Origin: Minisyncoccota bacterium
GTDB taxonomy: Bacteria > Patescibacteriota > Minisyncoccia > Phycocordibacterales > Phycocordibacteraceae
Direction of reading: 5' to 3'
DNA length: 64,000 nt
Assembly (NCBI GenBank): GCA_022841985.1
Contig: JALHQL010000004.1
Location: 1,726-65,725 of the forward strand
Shown: positions 54,107 to 64,000 of the stretch, in pieces
How positions within the stretch are numbered: the first letter of the stretch is position 1
Layout: each line of letters starts with the position of its first letter
Notes under the pieces: model-generated
Databases searched by the model: none
The model's input: only the letters and a program-made list of their open reading frames with translations
Told to the model about the DNA's origin: nothing
Translations under genes and position numbers: made by a program

Positions 54107-55540
54107 ATGAGTGCGCGCTACATTACCACCACGTTACCCTATGTGAATGCGGATCCGCACCTGGGTCATGCGCTCGAATTTGTAGAGGCAGACTTTCTTG
54201 CTCGCACATTGCGCGTACAGAATACTGAAGTTTTTTTTAACATCGGCACCGACGAGCATGGCGCTAAAGTCGCGCAGAAAGCAAAGGAAGAAGGGAAGGA
54301 TCCTCACGCATATGTTGATGAGTACGCCAAGCGTTTCAAGGCTTTTGCTGATCAGTTGGATATTTCTTACGACTCATTTATTCGCACTACTGACCCCGTA
54401 CATATTGCTGCAGCTCAGGCGTTCTGGGCGCGCTGTTTCGATGCTGGCGATATTTACAAAGCTTCCTATAAGGTGAAGTATTGTACCGGCTGTGAGCTTG
54501 AAAAAACCGATTCAGAACTTACTCAGGGTCGCTGTTTACTACATCCGAATCTAAATATAGAGTCGCGTGAAGAGGAAAATTACTATTTCAGATTTTCAAA
54601 GTATCAAGAGGCGCTGCTTGCGCACTATGCGAAACAGCAGGATTTTGTGATGCCCGAAGAGCGCATGCGAGAGCTCACGTCTTTTGTTACTGCAGGGCTG
54701 AAGGATTTCAGCGTTTCTCGCCGGAGAGAAAAACTCGCGTGGGGTGTGCCTGTGCCAAATGATCCGGAGCAAGTCATGTATGTCTGGTTTGATGCGCTAG
54801 TGAACTATGTTTCAGCAATTGGCTGGCCACAGAATGAGCAACGTTTTTTGAAATGGTGGCCAGTTACGCAGCTTGCAGGGAAGGATAACTTGCGCCAGCA
54901 GGCGGCAATGTGGCAGGCGATGCTGCTGTCGGCAGGATTCCCGTTCTCGCGAAATATATTCATACACGGATTCATTACCTCAGGCGGCCAGAAGATGAGT
55001 AAGTCATTGGGGAATGTCATACATCCGCTCGAACTTGTAGAAAAGTATGGAGTCGATGCTGTCCGGTACGTTCTTTTGCGGCATGTGAGCCATGTCGAGG
55101 ATTCAGATCTTACTCTTACCGCAATCCACGAACACTATACTGCTCATCTCGCCAATGGTCTGGGGAATCTTGTCGCGCGCGTGATGACACTCGCTGAACA
55201 GCATTTTCCTGCTCCTATTGAACTCGGACCGGAGGAGGCGTCAATAGAACCATTATTTCTAGAAAAGATAGAGGAATTTCGTTTCAATGAAGCAATGGAT
55301 ATTATATTCGAGCATGTGAACAAGGGAGATGTGTATATGACCGAGCGAACCCCTTACAAAAAAATAAAAAGTGAAAATAAGAGTGAACAAGAAGAGGCAA
55401 AAAAAGATATAGAAAAACTGGTCCGACATCTTGCAAAAATAGCGGTACATCTCACCTTCGCAATGCCAAGTACTGCGGACAGTATTCTTAATGCTGTTCG
55501 TTCAAATAAAAAACCAACCAATCTTTTCCCGCGCATATGA
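54107..55540 (+). CDS. metG: methionine--tRNA ligase
   Basis: 'TTLPYVNADPHLGHALE' HLGH, 'CTGCELEK' zinc knuckle, 'KMSKSLGN'. Confidence 0.9.
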   Translation: MSARYITTTLPYVNADPHLGHALEFVEADFLARTLRVQNTEVFFNIGTDEHGAKVAQKAKEEGKDPHAYVDEYAKRFKAFADQLDISYDSFIRTTDPVHIAAAQAFWARCFDAGDIYKASYKVKYCTGCELEKTDSELTQGRCLLHPNLNIESREEENYYFRFSKYQEALLAHYAKQQDFVMPEERMRELTSFVTAGLKDFSVSRRREKLAWGVPVPNDPEQVMYVWFDALVNYVSAIGWPQNEQRFLKWWPVTQLAGKDNLRQQAAMWQAMLLSAGFPFSRNIFIHGFITSGGQKMSKSLGNVIHPLELVEKYGVDAVRYVLLRHVSHVEDSDLTLTAIHEHYTAHLANGLGNLVARVMTLAEQHFPAPIELGPEEASIEPLFLEKIEEFRFNEAMDIIFEHVNKGDVYMTERTPYKKIKSENKSEQEEAKKDIEKLVRHLAKIAVHLTFAMPSTADSILNAVRSNKKPTNLFPRI

Positions 55541-56337
55541 GTATGCGATGTTTTGATGTGCACTGTCACATACAGTTCGATCAGTACGCGCACGATGCGG
55601 ACGAGCTTATCGTGAAGATGGGTAGTGATGGTGTCGGAGGCATTGTGGTTGGTGTCGACGAAAAATCTTCAAAGAAGGCATTGGCTCTGGCGGAAAAATA
55701 TGGGCATATATACGCCTCTGTCGGCTTGCATCCGAACCATGCTCCAGATGAAGTATTTGATGCGGAGACATACCGCTCACTTGCAAGTCATCCAAAAGTC
55801 GTTGCGCTCGGGGAGTGCGGGCTCGATTTCTTTCGTCCTGTCGAAATAAATGAGGAAGTGAAGCGTATGCAGAAGGAGACTTTCAAAAAACATATTAAGC
55901 TCGCGGCGGAACTTGATAAGCCACTTATCATTCATGCACGTCCGAGCAAAGGAACGCAGGATGCATACCATGACGTAATCGAGCTACTGGAAGAAGCTAA
56001 GGTGGTATACCCGAAGTTGCGCGGCGATATTCATTTCTTCGTTGGCGGTATTGCTGAGGCTAAAGCATTTATCGCACTCGATTTCACCATTTCTTTCACC
56101 GCGGTCATTACATTTGCTCGTGACTATGATGAAGTCATAAAAAAAGTCCCTTTAACAAGTATTCTGTCGGAGACAGATGCACCCTATCTTGCTCCCGCCT
56201 CGAGGCGTGGACAGCGTAATGATCCACTCGCAATTCATGAGATTATCGCTAAAATTGCAGAAATTAGAGGCGAAAACCTCGAAAACGTCCGCACGGTGCT
56301 TTTTTCGAGCGCACAGCATCTGTTCAGGCTTCACTAA
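55537..56337 (+). CDS. TatD-family metal-dependent hydrolase
   Basis: 'CFDVHCHIQF', 'ALGECGLDF', 'IIHARPS' motifs; ATGA overlap with metG. Confidence 0.8.
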   Translation: MSMRCFDVHCHIQFDQYAHDADELIVKMGSDGVGGIVVGVDEKSSKKALALAEKYGHIYASVGLHPNHAPDEVFDAETYRSLASHPKVVALGECGLDFFRPVEINEEVKRMQKETFKKHIKLAAELDKPLIIHARPSKGTQDAYHDVIELLEEAKVVYPKLRGDIHFFVGGIAEAKAFIALDFTISFTAVITFARDYDEVIKKVPLTSILSETDAPYLAPASRRGQRNDPLAIHEIIAKIAEIRGENLENVRTVLFSSAQHLFRLH

Positions 56338-56398
56338 TGATGATGCCATACGCCGCGCTCTTGCGGCCACAAAAAACTCGTGCTAGGATGCCGCTATT

Positions 56399-56890
56399 AT
56401 GGCTAAAAATCAGGACGAGAAGAGACACGCCCGAGAGACTCTTGAAAGCGAGGGTTCGGAATCGCGCGTCTACGAGCTTGGTTTTCATCTCGATCCCGAG
56501 CTGCCTATCGAGGAAGTAAAAAAGGCCTTTCAAGCGATGAAGAGTGTCATTACAGAGAAGGGGACACTTGTCGCCGAAAGCGAGCCCGTCAAGATTCAGC
56601 TCGCCTACACTATTTCTCGTCAGGAAGTTTCGGGTCGTCGCGACTTCGATTCCGCCTATTTCTCTTGGATCGTGTATGAAGTTTCGGCAGAGGATCATGC
56701 TGAGATAGTAAAGACCGCAAGTACTGATAAGCGCATTGTTCGCTTTATCGATCTCTGCACGACGAAAGACGCCGCTCGTCACTCTGTTGAGTTGCGCGAA
56801 CTCTCCCTGAAGACTCCGACGACGCGAGAGGAGCAAGAAGCGGCCATTGGCGCAGAGCTCGATATCGCACTTGAGAGTGCCACGATATAA
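56399..56890 (+). CDS. rpsF: 30S ribosomal protein S6 (N-terminally extended)
   Basis: 'RVYELGFHLDPELP...KSVITEKGTLVAESEPVKIQLAYTI' S6 core; rpsF-ssb-rpsR synteny. Confidence 0.7.
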   Translation: MAKNQDEKRHARETLESEGSESRVYELGFHLDPELPIEEVKKAFQAMKSVITEKGTLVAESEPVKIQLAYTISRQEVSGRRDFDSAYFSWIVYEVSAEDHAEIVKTASTDKRIVRFIDLCTTKDAARHSVELRELSLKTPTTREEQEAAIGAELDIALESATI

Positions 56891-56893
56891 GAT

Positions 56894-57340
56894 ATGTATC
56901 TCAACAAAGTACTTCTCTATGGAAATCTCACCCGTGACCCAGAGCTGAAAGCTCTTCCGTCTGGGAGCCAGGTTGCGAATTTCGGTCTTGCAACAAATCG
57001 CACCTATAAGGATAAGAATGGCGCAAAACAAGAGGCCACAGAGTTTCATAATATCGTCGCATTCGGCCGTACGGCAGAAGTAATCGCGCAATACTGTAAG
57101 AAAGGGCGCCCAATTTTTGTCGAAGGACGTCTTCAGACGCGTTCATGGGACGATAAAGAAAACGGCAAGAAAAATTATCGTACCGAGATCATTGTTGATA
57201 CATTCCAGTTTGGTGCTGATGGGGGTAAGGGTGGTACTTCTAGTGCAAATAGTGCTGCCGGAGAGCAGCCAGCATCAAGCGATGGGGAAGCAATTAAGTA
57301 TCCGGACGAAGAGATTAATCCGGAAGACATTCCGTTTTAA
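56894..57340 (+). CDS. ssb: single-stranded DNA-binding protein
   Basis: 'MYLNKVLLYGNLTRDPEL' OB fold, Gly-rich linker, acidic tail ending 'DIPF'. Confidence 0.9.
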   Translation: MYLNKVLLYGNLTRDPELKALPSGSQVANFGLATNRTYKDKNGAKQEATEFHNIVAFGRTAEVIAQYCKKGRPIFVEGRLQTRSWDDKENGKKNYRTEIIVDTFQFGADGGKGGTSSANSAAGEQPASSDGEAIKYPDEEINPEDIPF

Positions 57341-57349
57341 ATTAATTTT

Positions 57350-57556
57350 ATGGCATACCAATCACAGCGCGAAGAAATAGAGCTTAAAAAGTTTATCGAC
57401 TACAAAGATGTGGCGTATTTGAAATTGTTTACTAATCCGCATGCGAAGATACTTGCAAAAAAGCGCACTGGCATTCCCGCAGGAAAGCAGCGCGATATTG
57501 CGCAGGCTATCAAGCACGCGCGCTACATGGCGCTTCTTCCCTACGTCGCGGCATAA
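57350..57556 (+). CDS. rpsR: 30S ribosomal protein S18
   Basis: 'KKFIDYKDVAYLKLFTNPHAKILAKKRTGIPAGKQRDIAQAIKHARYMALLPY'. Confidence 0.85.
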   Translation: MAYQSQREEIELKKFIDYKDVAYLKLFTNPHAKILAKKRTGIPAGKQRDIAQAIKHARYMALLPYVAA

Positions 57557-57565
57557 AAAACAGAA

Positions 57566-57616
57566 CATCGAGCACACAAAAAAGCCGCTTCAAGCGGCTT
57601 TTTTGTGTGCTCGATG
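57566..57616. terminator. bidirectional terminator: 23-bp perfect inverted repeat
   Basis: catcgagcacacaaaaaagccgc-ttcaa-gcggcttttttgtgtgctcgatg between rpsR (+) and efp (-). Confidence 0.8.
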
Positions 57617-57617
57617 T

Positions 57618-58193
57618 CTATGCCTTCTCGACCCGCTCGGTGTAGTCGCCTGAGTCGGTGTTAATGCGGATAATGTCCCCTGTATTTATGAAGAGCGGAA
57701 CATTCACTTTTGCACCCGTGGAGAGTATGGCAAGTTTGTTGCCGCCCGAAACCGTGTTGCCCTTCACTGCGGGCGGAGCATCTTTTACTTGAAGTTCAAC
57801 TTTCACTGGTATCTTCACTGTCATCGGTTTGTCTTCATAGGTCAGTATTTCGACTAAAGCATTCGGCATGAGCCACTGCACTTTGTCGTACACAGAATCT
57901 GCAGGGAATGAAAAGCGATTTTTTGGATTACCTTCTTCTGCAAACCAACTCTCATTTTTGTTCGAGTAAAGATACTGCGCCTGCATCTTTCCAATGTCTG
58001 CTTCGGTTACGGTCTCGTTCTGATGAAAGGATATCTCAGTAACCTTTCCGGAAATGAGGTGGCGGAGCTTCGTTTGATTCACCGGCTTACGTTGCTGCAT
58101 GCGGAAGATGTGTGCCGAGAGCACTTCATAGGGCTCATTATTGTAGTTAATGATGCTTCCTTTGAGAATGTCATTATATGAGAGTACGGACAT
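57618..58193 (-). CDS. efp: elongation factor P
   Basis: 191 aa; 'IRMQQRKPVNQTKLRHLISGKV' with conserved beta3-beta4 loop Lys; three OB-like domains. Confidence 0.9.
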   Translation of the reverse strand: MSVLSYNDILKGSIINYNNEPYEVLSAHIFRMQQRKPVNQTKLRHLISGKVTEISFHQNETVTEADIGKMQAQYLYSNKNESWFAEEGNPKNRFSFPADSVYDKVQWLMPNALVEILTYEDKPMTVKIPVKVELQVKDAPPAVKGNTVSGGNKLAILSTGAKVNVPLFINTGDIIRINTDSGDYTERVEKA

Positions 58194-58241
58194 ATTTTTG
58201 AAACTAATAGGTAATAAGGTTTGTTATAAAAAGTACCGCTT

Positions 58242-58853
58242 TTGGCGGATAAGCGTATGATACAGGGCATCATGAGTTTTTCAACTACTGAGGATCTGAG
58301 CACACTTTCTGATGCGGAAATACTTGCGCGTTCGCACAAGGAGTCCGAGTTTTTCGCTATTCTCGTCCGTCGTTATGAAGCGGCACTCTTGCGACGAGCC
58401 CGGATGATTTTGAAGTCCCCTGAGGATGCGGAAGAAGCAGTACAGGACGCTTTTACGAAAATGTATCTGTATGCGGATAAGTACCATCCGCAGGAGGGTG
58501 CGACCTTCTCCTCGTGGGCGTACACTATCCTCAATCGCGTTGCGTACACGAAATATCGCGCGAAGATGACTGAGTTCGGGAAGCGTGCCGAGCTCTTACC
58601 CGAGCATTACGAGTCGTTGCCAGACACACGATCCGAATTTCTCGAAGACTTGTCGCTTCGGAGCGAGGTTCTCGCGGCACTCTCGAAGATTCCTGAAGCC
58701 GCAGCAAAAATTTTACGATTGCAGTTTATCGAAGGGAAGACTCAGGAAGAGATTGCCGAATCGGAACATCTCTCGATTCCTGCCGTTAAAACGCGTGTTC
58801 ACCGCGCTAAAAAACTTTTCAAGCAAACTTATGACAAACAACACTATGAATAA
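58242..58853 (+). CDS. ECF-type RNA polymerase sigma factor
   Basis: 203 aa; region 2 'EEAVQDAFTKMYLY...SWAYTI', region 4 'EEIAESEHLSIPAVKTRVHRAKKL'. Confidence 0.8.
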   Translation: MADKRMIQGIMSFSTTEDLSTLSDAEILARSHKESEFFAILVRRYEAALLRRARMILKSPEDAEEAVQDAFTKMYLYADKYHPQEGATFSSWAYTILNRVAYTKYRAKMTEFGKRAELLPEHYESLPDTRSEFLEDLSLRSEVLAALSKIPEAAAKILRLQFIEGKTQEEIAESEHLSIPAVKTRVHRAKKLFKQTYDKQHYE

Positions 58854-59172
58854 TCCATCTGACATGGAGCGCGTCGTTATGCGTCGCGTACGCATTATCC
58901 GCATATTGGGTTTCATCATTTCGACGACGGTTCTCGCGGTACTAACGCTTGTTGCGACTCTCTGGGGTATCGGCAGGGAAGTCTGGGTCGCTCGCGTTTT
59001 CCAAAATGCTCCTGCTGACATCTTGCATCTCCCAAATTTCTTCGTCGCGGCATTCACACACACGCGCTTTATCGTTCAGGCTCTGGCGGTCTTGACCTTC
59101 GTTTCTCTCGTCTTTCTTATTCGCGAGATGCTACGTTTAGCAGCAAGTGTTTTCTTCCATAAGGCTGCTTAA
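58846..59172 (+). CDS. putative anti-sigma factor / small membrane protein
   Basis: ~108 aa 'MNNPSDMERVVMRRVRIIRILGFIISTTVLAVLTL...' with 2 TM; overlaps sigma gene 3' end; start ambiguous (58831/58846/58864). Confidence 0.35.
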   Translation: MNNPSDMERVVMRRVRIIRILGFIISTTVLAVLTLVATLWGIGREVWVARVFQNAPADILHLPNFFVAAFTHTRFIVQALAVLTFVSLVFLIREMLRLAASVFFHKAA

Positions 59173-59216
59173 TGATAGAGGAGTTTCGTACTTCAAAGTC
59201 AGGTAGAGACGATAGA

Positions 59217-60263
59217 TTATACTTCTTCTAGTTTTTCTTGGATTTGTTTAAGAAGATCCTTTGCAATAGGTTTATTTTCGCGTAGATAGACTCGCGTTGC
59301 ATCGTAACCGACGCCGAGTTTAGTATCGCCCATCTTGTAGGTGGCGCCGGACTTCGTTACAAGGTCAAATTTCTCTCCGAGTGCGACAAGCTCTCCTTCG
59401 CGGCTGATACCTTCATTATAGAGAAGGTCAAATTCGGTGGTCTTAAAGGGTGCGGCAACTTTATTTTTCACTACCTTCACGCGTACGCGACCACCCACCA
59501 CTTCCTCACCTTTCTTTATTGACGCAATACGGCGAATGTCGAGACGCACCGAGGTATAAAACTTGAGCGCTTTGCCGCCTGGCGTTGTTTCCGGGTTGCC
59601 GAACATGACACCTATCTGCATACGGATCTGATTAATAAAGATGACGATGGTTTTACTGCGTGCGGCGATGGCAGTAAGCTTGCGGAGCGCTTGGCTCATA
59701 AGTCGAGCTTGTTTGCCCATATGTTGCTGGCCCATCTCGCCCTCGATTTCATCTTTGGGCGTGAGTGCGGCGACAGAGTCGACGACAATCACATCGACAT
59801 TTCCACTCCTGACAAGACTCTCGACGATATCGAGCGCCTGCTCGCCAGTATCTGGCTGTGAAATAAGGAGTTCAGGGAGCTTCACACCGATGCGGTGCGC
59901 GTATTCCGGATCGAGAGCGTGTTCGGCGTCGATAAATGCTGCAATGCCGCCCGCTTTTTGCGCCTCGGCGATAACATGGAGCGCGAGCGTTGTTTTTCCG
60001 GAGGATTCCGGCCCGAATATCTCGATGATGCGTCCGCGAGGGAGCCCACCTACGCCGAGAATTGCATCAAGACCGATAGAGCCCGTCGATACTGCGGGTA
60101 TCTTTTGCGGTGTGCCGGTACCGTAGGTCGTGATAGATTCATCTCCAAACTTCGTACGGATTTCTTTTAGTGCTTGATCGATTGATTTTTGTTTCTCACT
60201 CTTGTCGGCGCTTGCCGCGGTAACAGTTTTGAGCACTTTCTCTTTTGCTTTTTTAAAAGCCAT
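59217..60263 (-). CDS. recA: recombinase RecA
   Basis: '[18 protein letters not shown]' Walker A, '[10 protein letters not shown]' Walker B, L1/L2 loops. Confidence 0.95.
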   Translation of the reverse strand: MAFKKAKEKVLKTVTAASADKSEKQKSIDQALKEIRTKFGDESITTYGTGTPQKIPAVSTGSIGLDAILGVGGLPRGRIIEIFGPESSGKTTLALHVIAEAQKAGGIAAFIDAEHALDPEYAHRIGVKLPELLISQPDTGEQALDIVESLVRSGNVDVIVVDSVAALTPKDEIEGEMGQQHMGKQARLMSQALRKLTAIAARSKTIVIFINQIRMQIGVMFGNPETTPGGKALKFYTSVRLDIRRIASIKKGEEVVGGRVRVKVVKNKVAAPFKTTEFDLLYNEGISREGELVALGEKFDLVTKSGATYKMGDTKLGVGYDATRVYLRENKPIAKDLLKQIQEKLEEV

Positions 60264-60287
60264 AAAATTGTATTTAGTAGGGGACAG

Positions 60288-60611
60288 TTAAGGAATGAAA
60301 ATAGAACGAGTTTCGGTTGCTATTCGACCGAACCGATCGGTGGCTTTGAAGGTAAGGATAGATCCTCCGCGAGGGAATGTGAGAGTGGTCGAAAAGTCAC
60401 CGTTCTTTTCGCGGAGGATTGATGTACCATTGAGCGAGAGTTCTATAGCGCGGACGGCTTTTCCCGTTATAGTTACAATACCGCCCGCTACGGATTCGTT
60501 ATGCATAGGAGATTCAATCGAAAGAATTGGGCCGGCAATGAGCGGCCACGCCTCTCTAGTGCCATAGCCGGCGAGAATAAGAAAGACAGCGAGGGTGAAA
60601 TATTTGATCAT
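60288..60611 (-). CDS. small membrane-anchored hypothetical protein
   Basis: 107 aa; N-terminal TM then beta-rich domain; overlaps ftsK stop. Confidence 0.4.
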   Translation of the reverse strand: MIKYFTLAVFLILAGYGTREAWPLIAGPILSIESPMHNESVAGGIVTITGKAVRAIELSLNGTSILREKNGDFSTTLTFPRGGSILTFKATDRFGRIATETRSIFIP

Positions 60612-62872
60612 AAGTATTTATTTGAAGACCGACTTTCATTTTCATCGTCAAGAACCTCATCAGAAGCAGATGCGATTCCTTGCCGTCCGACAGGCAGGGC
60701 GGTGAGTACTTCGCGCGGCTTTGATCCGTCTGCTGCACCAATTACTCCCTTCGCTTCAAGTACATCCATCAATCGCGCCGCTCGGGAGTATCCGATTTTT
60801 AATTTGCGCTGCAGGTAAGAGGTCGAGGCACGACCAACTTCTTCCACCGCAGTTCGCGCATCTTCGTACAAGTCGTCGTCGATCTCATCGTCATTAAAAC
60901 TGTCGTTTGCAAGTCCGATAACATCGTTTGATTCTGTCGTTCCGTTAGTGCCGCTGCCTCCGAAGTCGATGCTAGAGAGGTCTCCAGCATTATGACTCTT
61001 GATATAGCTCACTACTTTTTTTACCTCACTCTCGCTTATAAAGGCTGTTTGTATACGCACGGGTTTTTGCATATCGCTCGAGAGATAGAGCATATCGCCC
61101 GCACCAAGAAGCGACTCCGCACCCGCACCATCGATAATGGTGCGAGAGTCTATTTGGGAAGCGACTTGCAGCGCCATGCGTGTCGGCACGTTTGCTTTGA
61201 TGAGGCCGGTAATGACATTAACTGATGGTCGTTGAGTGGAGAGGACTAAGTGAATTCCGACGGCACGCGACATCTGCGCGAGTCGAACGATAGAGGCTTC
61301 AAGTTCTCGTGGATAGCTGTGCATGATATCCGCAAGCTCGTCGATGACGATGACGATATAGGGAAGTGCCTCAGGCATTTCTTCAGCACCTTTTTTCTTT
61401 GCTGGCTCGAAGATGGTTGTGTGATAGGAGTTGATATCGCGCACATGTTCCGCTTCGAGGATATTATAACGTCGCTCCATCTCCTTTGCTGCCCATTTGA
61501 GAGAGAAGATCGCTTTTTTCGGATCGGTAATCACGGGCGTGAGGAGGTGGGGGATGCCGTTGTACGCAGTGAGTTCGACGCGCTTCGGGTCAATCATGAT
61601 AAAGCGTAGTTGATTTGGGCCGTTCCGGTATAGAAGCGAAGTAATAATCGCATGTATGGCCACTGACTTACCGGAACCTGTTGCGCCGGCGACAAGGCCG
61701 TGCGGCATCTTCGCGATATTCACGTAGTGCGGAGTGCCGGTGATATCTCGACCGAGTGCGGCGAGAAGCGGCTTACTGCTGTCGCTCCATTCCGGTGCGC
61801 CGAGGAGTCCACCGAGACCGACCATTGCCTTAACCGTGTTCGGCACCTCAATACCGACGAGCGACTTTCCCGGGATAGGTGCCTCGATGCGTACTGGGTG
61901 CGCAGCGAGTGCGAGTTCAAGATTGTTTGCAAGCGAGACTATCTTTGAGAGGCGCACTCCTTCGGCGGGTTTCACCGCATAGCGCGTGACCGTAGGACCC
62001 ACCGAAACCTCGTCCATTTCAAGATTGATACCGAAGTTTTGAAAGGTGCGTTTGATGATGTTTGCATTTGCTTTGATATCTCCTACGCCAGGCTTGCCAC
62101 GATCTGCGCCGAGAATTGAGAGCGGCGGTGCCTCATACTCCGCATCAAAATTCGCTATGCCTGTCCCTTGCTTACCTTCGCCACGATTAAAGATGGTAAC
62201 TACCGGCTCATGCTCAGGGCGTATGGGGGTTTCAGTCTCTGTTTCAGATTCTTCCGGTCGATACGTTTCTTCATCTTCGGGTACGCCAACCACAGCAAGC
62301 TCTTCTTCAAAAGGCTCCTCCTCATCTTTTTTTCTGTACGAACGTACTCTTTCCCAGAGCGAGAGCACGTTCTGACCAAGGAATGCCCCGAGTGCTTCGA
62401 TATCGCTCACGATAGCAATGCCGATAGAGATGATTGCGACTAGCAGCACCGCTGCACCCCAGAAACCGAAAAATCCGGTAAGCATTTCTCCTTGCCATGT
62501 TCCGGCAATCCCGCCGATGTCTGTGCCGGGGAAGAGTCCTGCAAAAGCGAGAACGGAAGCGCTGATGATAAGAATGCCGGAAGTAGTCAAAGGTTCAAGT
62601 GTTGGCCGTCCGAAGCCCGCATACAGTCCTGTCAAAATTAAAGCGATTGGAAGAAGAAATGCGCCTATACCGACGATCGCATAGCTCGTGGTAAAAATTG
62701 CTGTGCCGACCGGTCCCGCTGCGTCAAATATTGCAAGCACGAGGAGGATCCCTACAGCAAGGAGGACGATGGCCGAAGCGTAGCGGATAAGCATGTCGTA
62801 TTCTTTGACATTTTCTTCACGCGCACGTCCGCGTTTTCCGTTGCTGTTTCTGCGACTCATATATATGAGCAT
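60608..62872 (-). CDS. ftsK: DNA translocase FtsK/SpoIIIE
   Basis: N-terminal 4 TM; 'GHLLVAGATGSGKSVAIHAII' Walker A; 'IVIVIDELADI'; C-terminal winged-helix gamma domain 'YLQRKLKIGYSRAARLMDVLE'. Confidence 0.85.
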   Translation of the reverse strand: MLIYMSRRNSNGKRGRAREENVKEYDMLIRYASAIVLLAVGILLVLAIFDAAGPVGTAIFTTSYAIVGIGAFLLPIALILTGLYAGFGRPTLEPLTTSGILIISASVLAFAGLFPGTDIGGIAGTWQGEMLTGFFGFWGAAVLLVAIISIGIAIVSDIEALGAFLGQNVLSLWERVRSYRKKDEEEPFEEELAVVGVPEDEETYRPEESETETETPIRPEHEPVVTIFNRGEGKQGTGIANFDAEYEAPPLSILGADRGKPGVGDIKANANIIKRTFQNFGINLEMDEVSVGPTVTRYAVKPAEGVRLSKIVSLANNLELALAAHPVRIEAPIPGKSLVGIEVPNTVKAMVGLGGLLGAPEWSDSSKPLLAALGRDITGTPHYVNIAKMPHGLVAGATGSGKSVAIHAIITSLLYRNGPNQLRFIMIDPKRVELTAYNGIPHLLTPVITDPKKAIFSLKWAAKEMERRYNILEAEHVRDINSYHTTIFEPAKKKGAEEMPEALPYIVIVIDELADIMHSYPRELEASIVRLAQMSRAVGIHLVLSTQRPSVNVITGLIKANVPTRMALQVASQIDSRTIIDGAGAESLLGAGDMLYLSSDMQKPVRIQTAFISESEVKKVVSYIKSHNAGDLSSIDFGGSGTNGTTESNDVIGLANDSFNDDEIDDDLYEDARTAVEEVGRASTSYLQRKLKIGYSRAARLMDVLEAKGVIGAADGSKPREVLTALPVGRQGIASASDEVLDDENESRSSNKYL

Positions 62873-63120
62873 TATAGCACTCACGACATGTTGGTAGGGT
62901 AAAACAGTCCGTCTCGCCGTCCCCACTGCAAGCGGACGGGGTATTGGCGGACGGACGCCATGGTGTTTTGTTGGATAAGGATGCAGGCTCCGCTTCACAT
63001 ATTTGATTTCAGCTATTCATCCTCGCCACAAAGCAGGCGAGGCACCCTGGTCAAGACCAGCAAAGACTAGAGCAAGGAACTTGCGCGCCGTTTTCACGGA
63101 CGTATACTGTCCGATACGGT

Positions 63121-63912
63121 ATGAGACACGGACTATCAGATATAGGACACAATGCCGAAATCCGGAAAAACCAGATTAAAGGTAAAGACGCGTTATCGGA
63201 GGATTTTGTCTTAGAAAAAAGCATATTTACTAACATTTTTGAAAAGGACATACGAAGGGTATTTATATATAAAAAGACCGAGCGGCTCGCAAAAGCAATT
63301 CACCTCATCACCCCGGCTTTTGCCGGTTCGGTGTCCTTAAGAAATCGTATCGACATGATAGCGGTCGGTCTTATTGATGCTGCGATACTCCCGCCCGCTG
63401 TTGCTCGCACAGCGCTTTCGCGCGAACTTCTGGCTCTGTCCTCAATACTTTCTCTGTCACGCACTGGAGGACTGCTTTCTTCCATGAATGCTGAGATCAT
63501 CGCGCATGAGGCGCATATTCTGCTTCAAGAAGTCGCCGCATATGAAGAGCCACGGCTTTTCCTTGATGAGGGTTTGACACTTGCTGATATTGCTAAGAGC
63601 ACCGCAAAAAAAGATTCTATACAGAGCTCTGCGCCAACCATAATGCCCAAGCGCAATACTCGTGTAGCCCCAAACGGAAGTAAAGGACATATAAAAGACA
63701 CTGAAAATGTAGAGGACATTCATATAAAGGACAGAAGTGAGGCTATATTGTCCGTTATAAAAAATAAGGGGAGTGCAAGCATAAAGGACATTTCAACTCT
63801 TATTCGTAATGTCTCAGAGAAAACCATTCAACGCGAACTCATTTCTCTCATTGAGGCTGGAATAGTATTAAAGAAAGGCGAGCGTCGATGGAGTGTCTAC
63901 TCCATTGTCTGA
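63121..63912 (+). CDS. hypothetical protein with C-terminal winged-helix DNA-binding domain
   Basis: 263 aa; C-terminus 'SIKDISTLIRNVSEKTIQRELISLIEAGIVLKKGERRWSVY' DeoR/MarR-like wHTH; true start uncertain. Confidence 0.4.
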   Translation: MRHGLSDIGHNAEIRKNQIKGKDALSEDFVLEKSIFTNIFEKDIRRVFIYKKTERLAKAIHLITPAFAGSVSLRNRIDMIAVGLIDAAILPPAVARTALSRELLALSSILSLSRTGGLLSSMNAEIIAHEAHILLQEVAAYEEPRLFLDEGLTLADIAKSTAKKDSIQSSAPTIMPKRNTRVAPNGSKGHIKDTENVEDIHIKDRSEAILSVIKNKGSASIKDISTLIRNVSEKTIQRELISLIEAGIVLKKGERRWSVYSIV

Positions 63913-64000
63913 GAGTTTTAAGGTAGGTTTGTTTTGACTTAAAATCGCGTTTTTGGTAAGGTGTGTCTGTGGTATCGACTGGGGCATAGATATTGTGACT

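Noticed and set aside
58585-59172. 195-aa ORF-track ORF spanning the sigma-factor 3' region
   Set aside because: Its first ~80 codons overlap the ECF sigma gene in another frame; only the portion from ~58846 (hydrophobic anti-sigma-like protein) is plausible.
1-64000. CRISPR arrays, rRNA genes, transposases/IS elements, prophage integrases
   Set aside because: No regularly spaced direct repeats, no 16S/23S/5S signature strings, no DDE/serine/tyrosine recombinase motifs recognised anywhere in the window.

Overview
This 64-kb window looks like a fragment of a small, streamlined bacterial chromosome. The tRNA density, reduced protein sizes, apparent absence of rplA after rplK, PrgI/VirB4-type cluster, lamin-tail-domain protein and SIMPL protein suggest a Patescibacteria/CPR (Parcubacteria-like) organism, but that is an inference. 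The window holds the replication origin region: rpmH-rnpA-yidC on the minus strand diverging from dnaA-dnaN on the plus strand, with DnaA boxes in the dnaA-dnaN spacer. Housekeeping genes make up most of the rest and are annotated in the feature list. All product calls rest on motif and family recognition by eye, with no database search, and start codons were chosen manually where the ORF track over-extended. The regions most worth a second look are: (1) a VirB4-centred PrgI/pilin-like secretion or DNA-uptake cluster (2348..8725); (2) an IleS gene carrying a ~190-aa histidine-phosphatase (PGAM-like) domain insertion; (3) a free-standing double-motif LAGLIDADG endonuclease starting 2 nt after tRNA-Lys; (4) two tRNA-bounded islets, one with a cupredoxin plus a NOX/ferric-reductase-FNR fusion and one with a fatty-acid desaturase plus a PduO-type adenosyltransferase; (5) a long-form ThyX/long-form Dcd/Tmk/GlyA thymidylate operon directly after rplK; (6) several GC-rich or hairpin-rich non-coding stretches that may encode small RNAs or attenuators.
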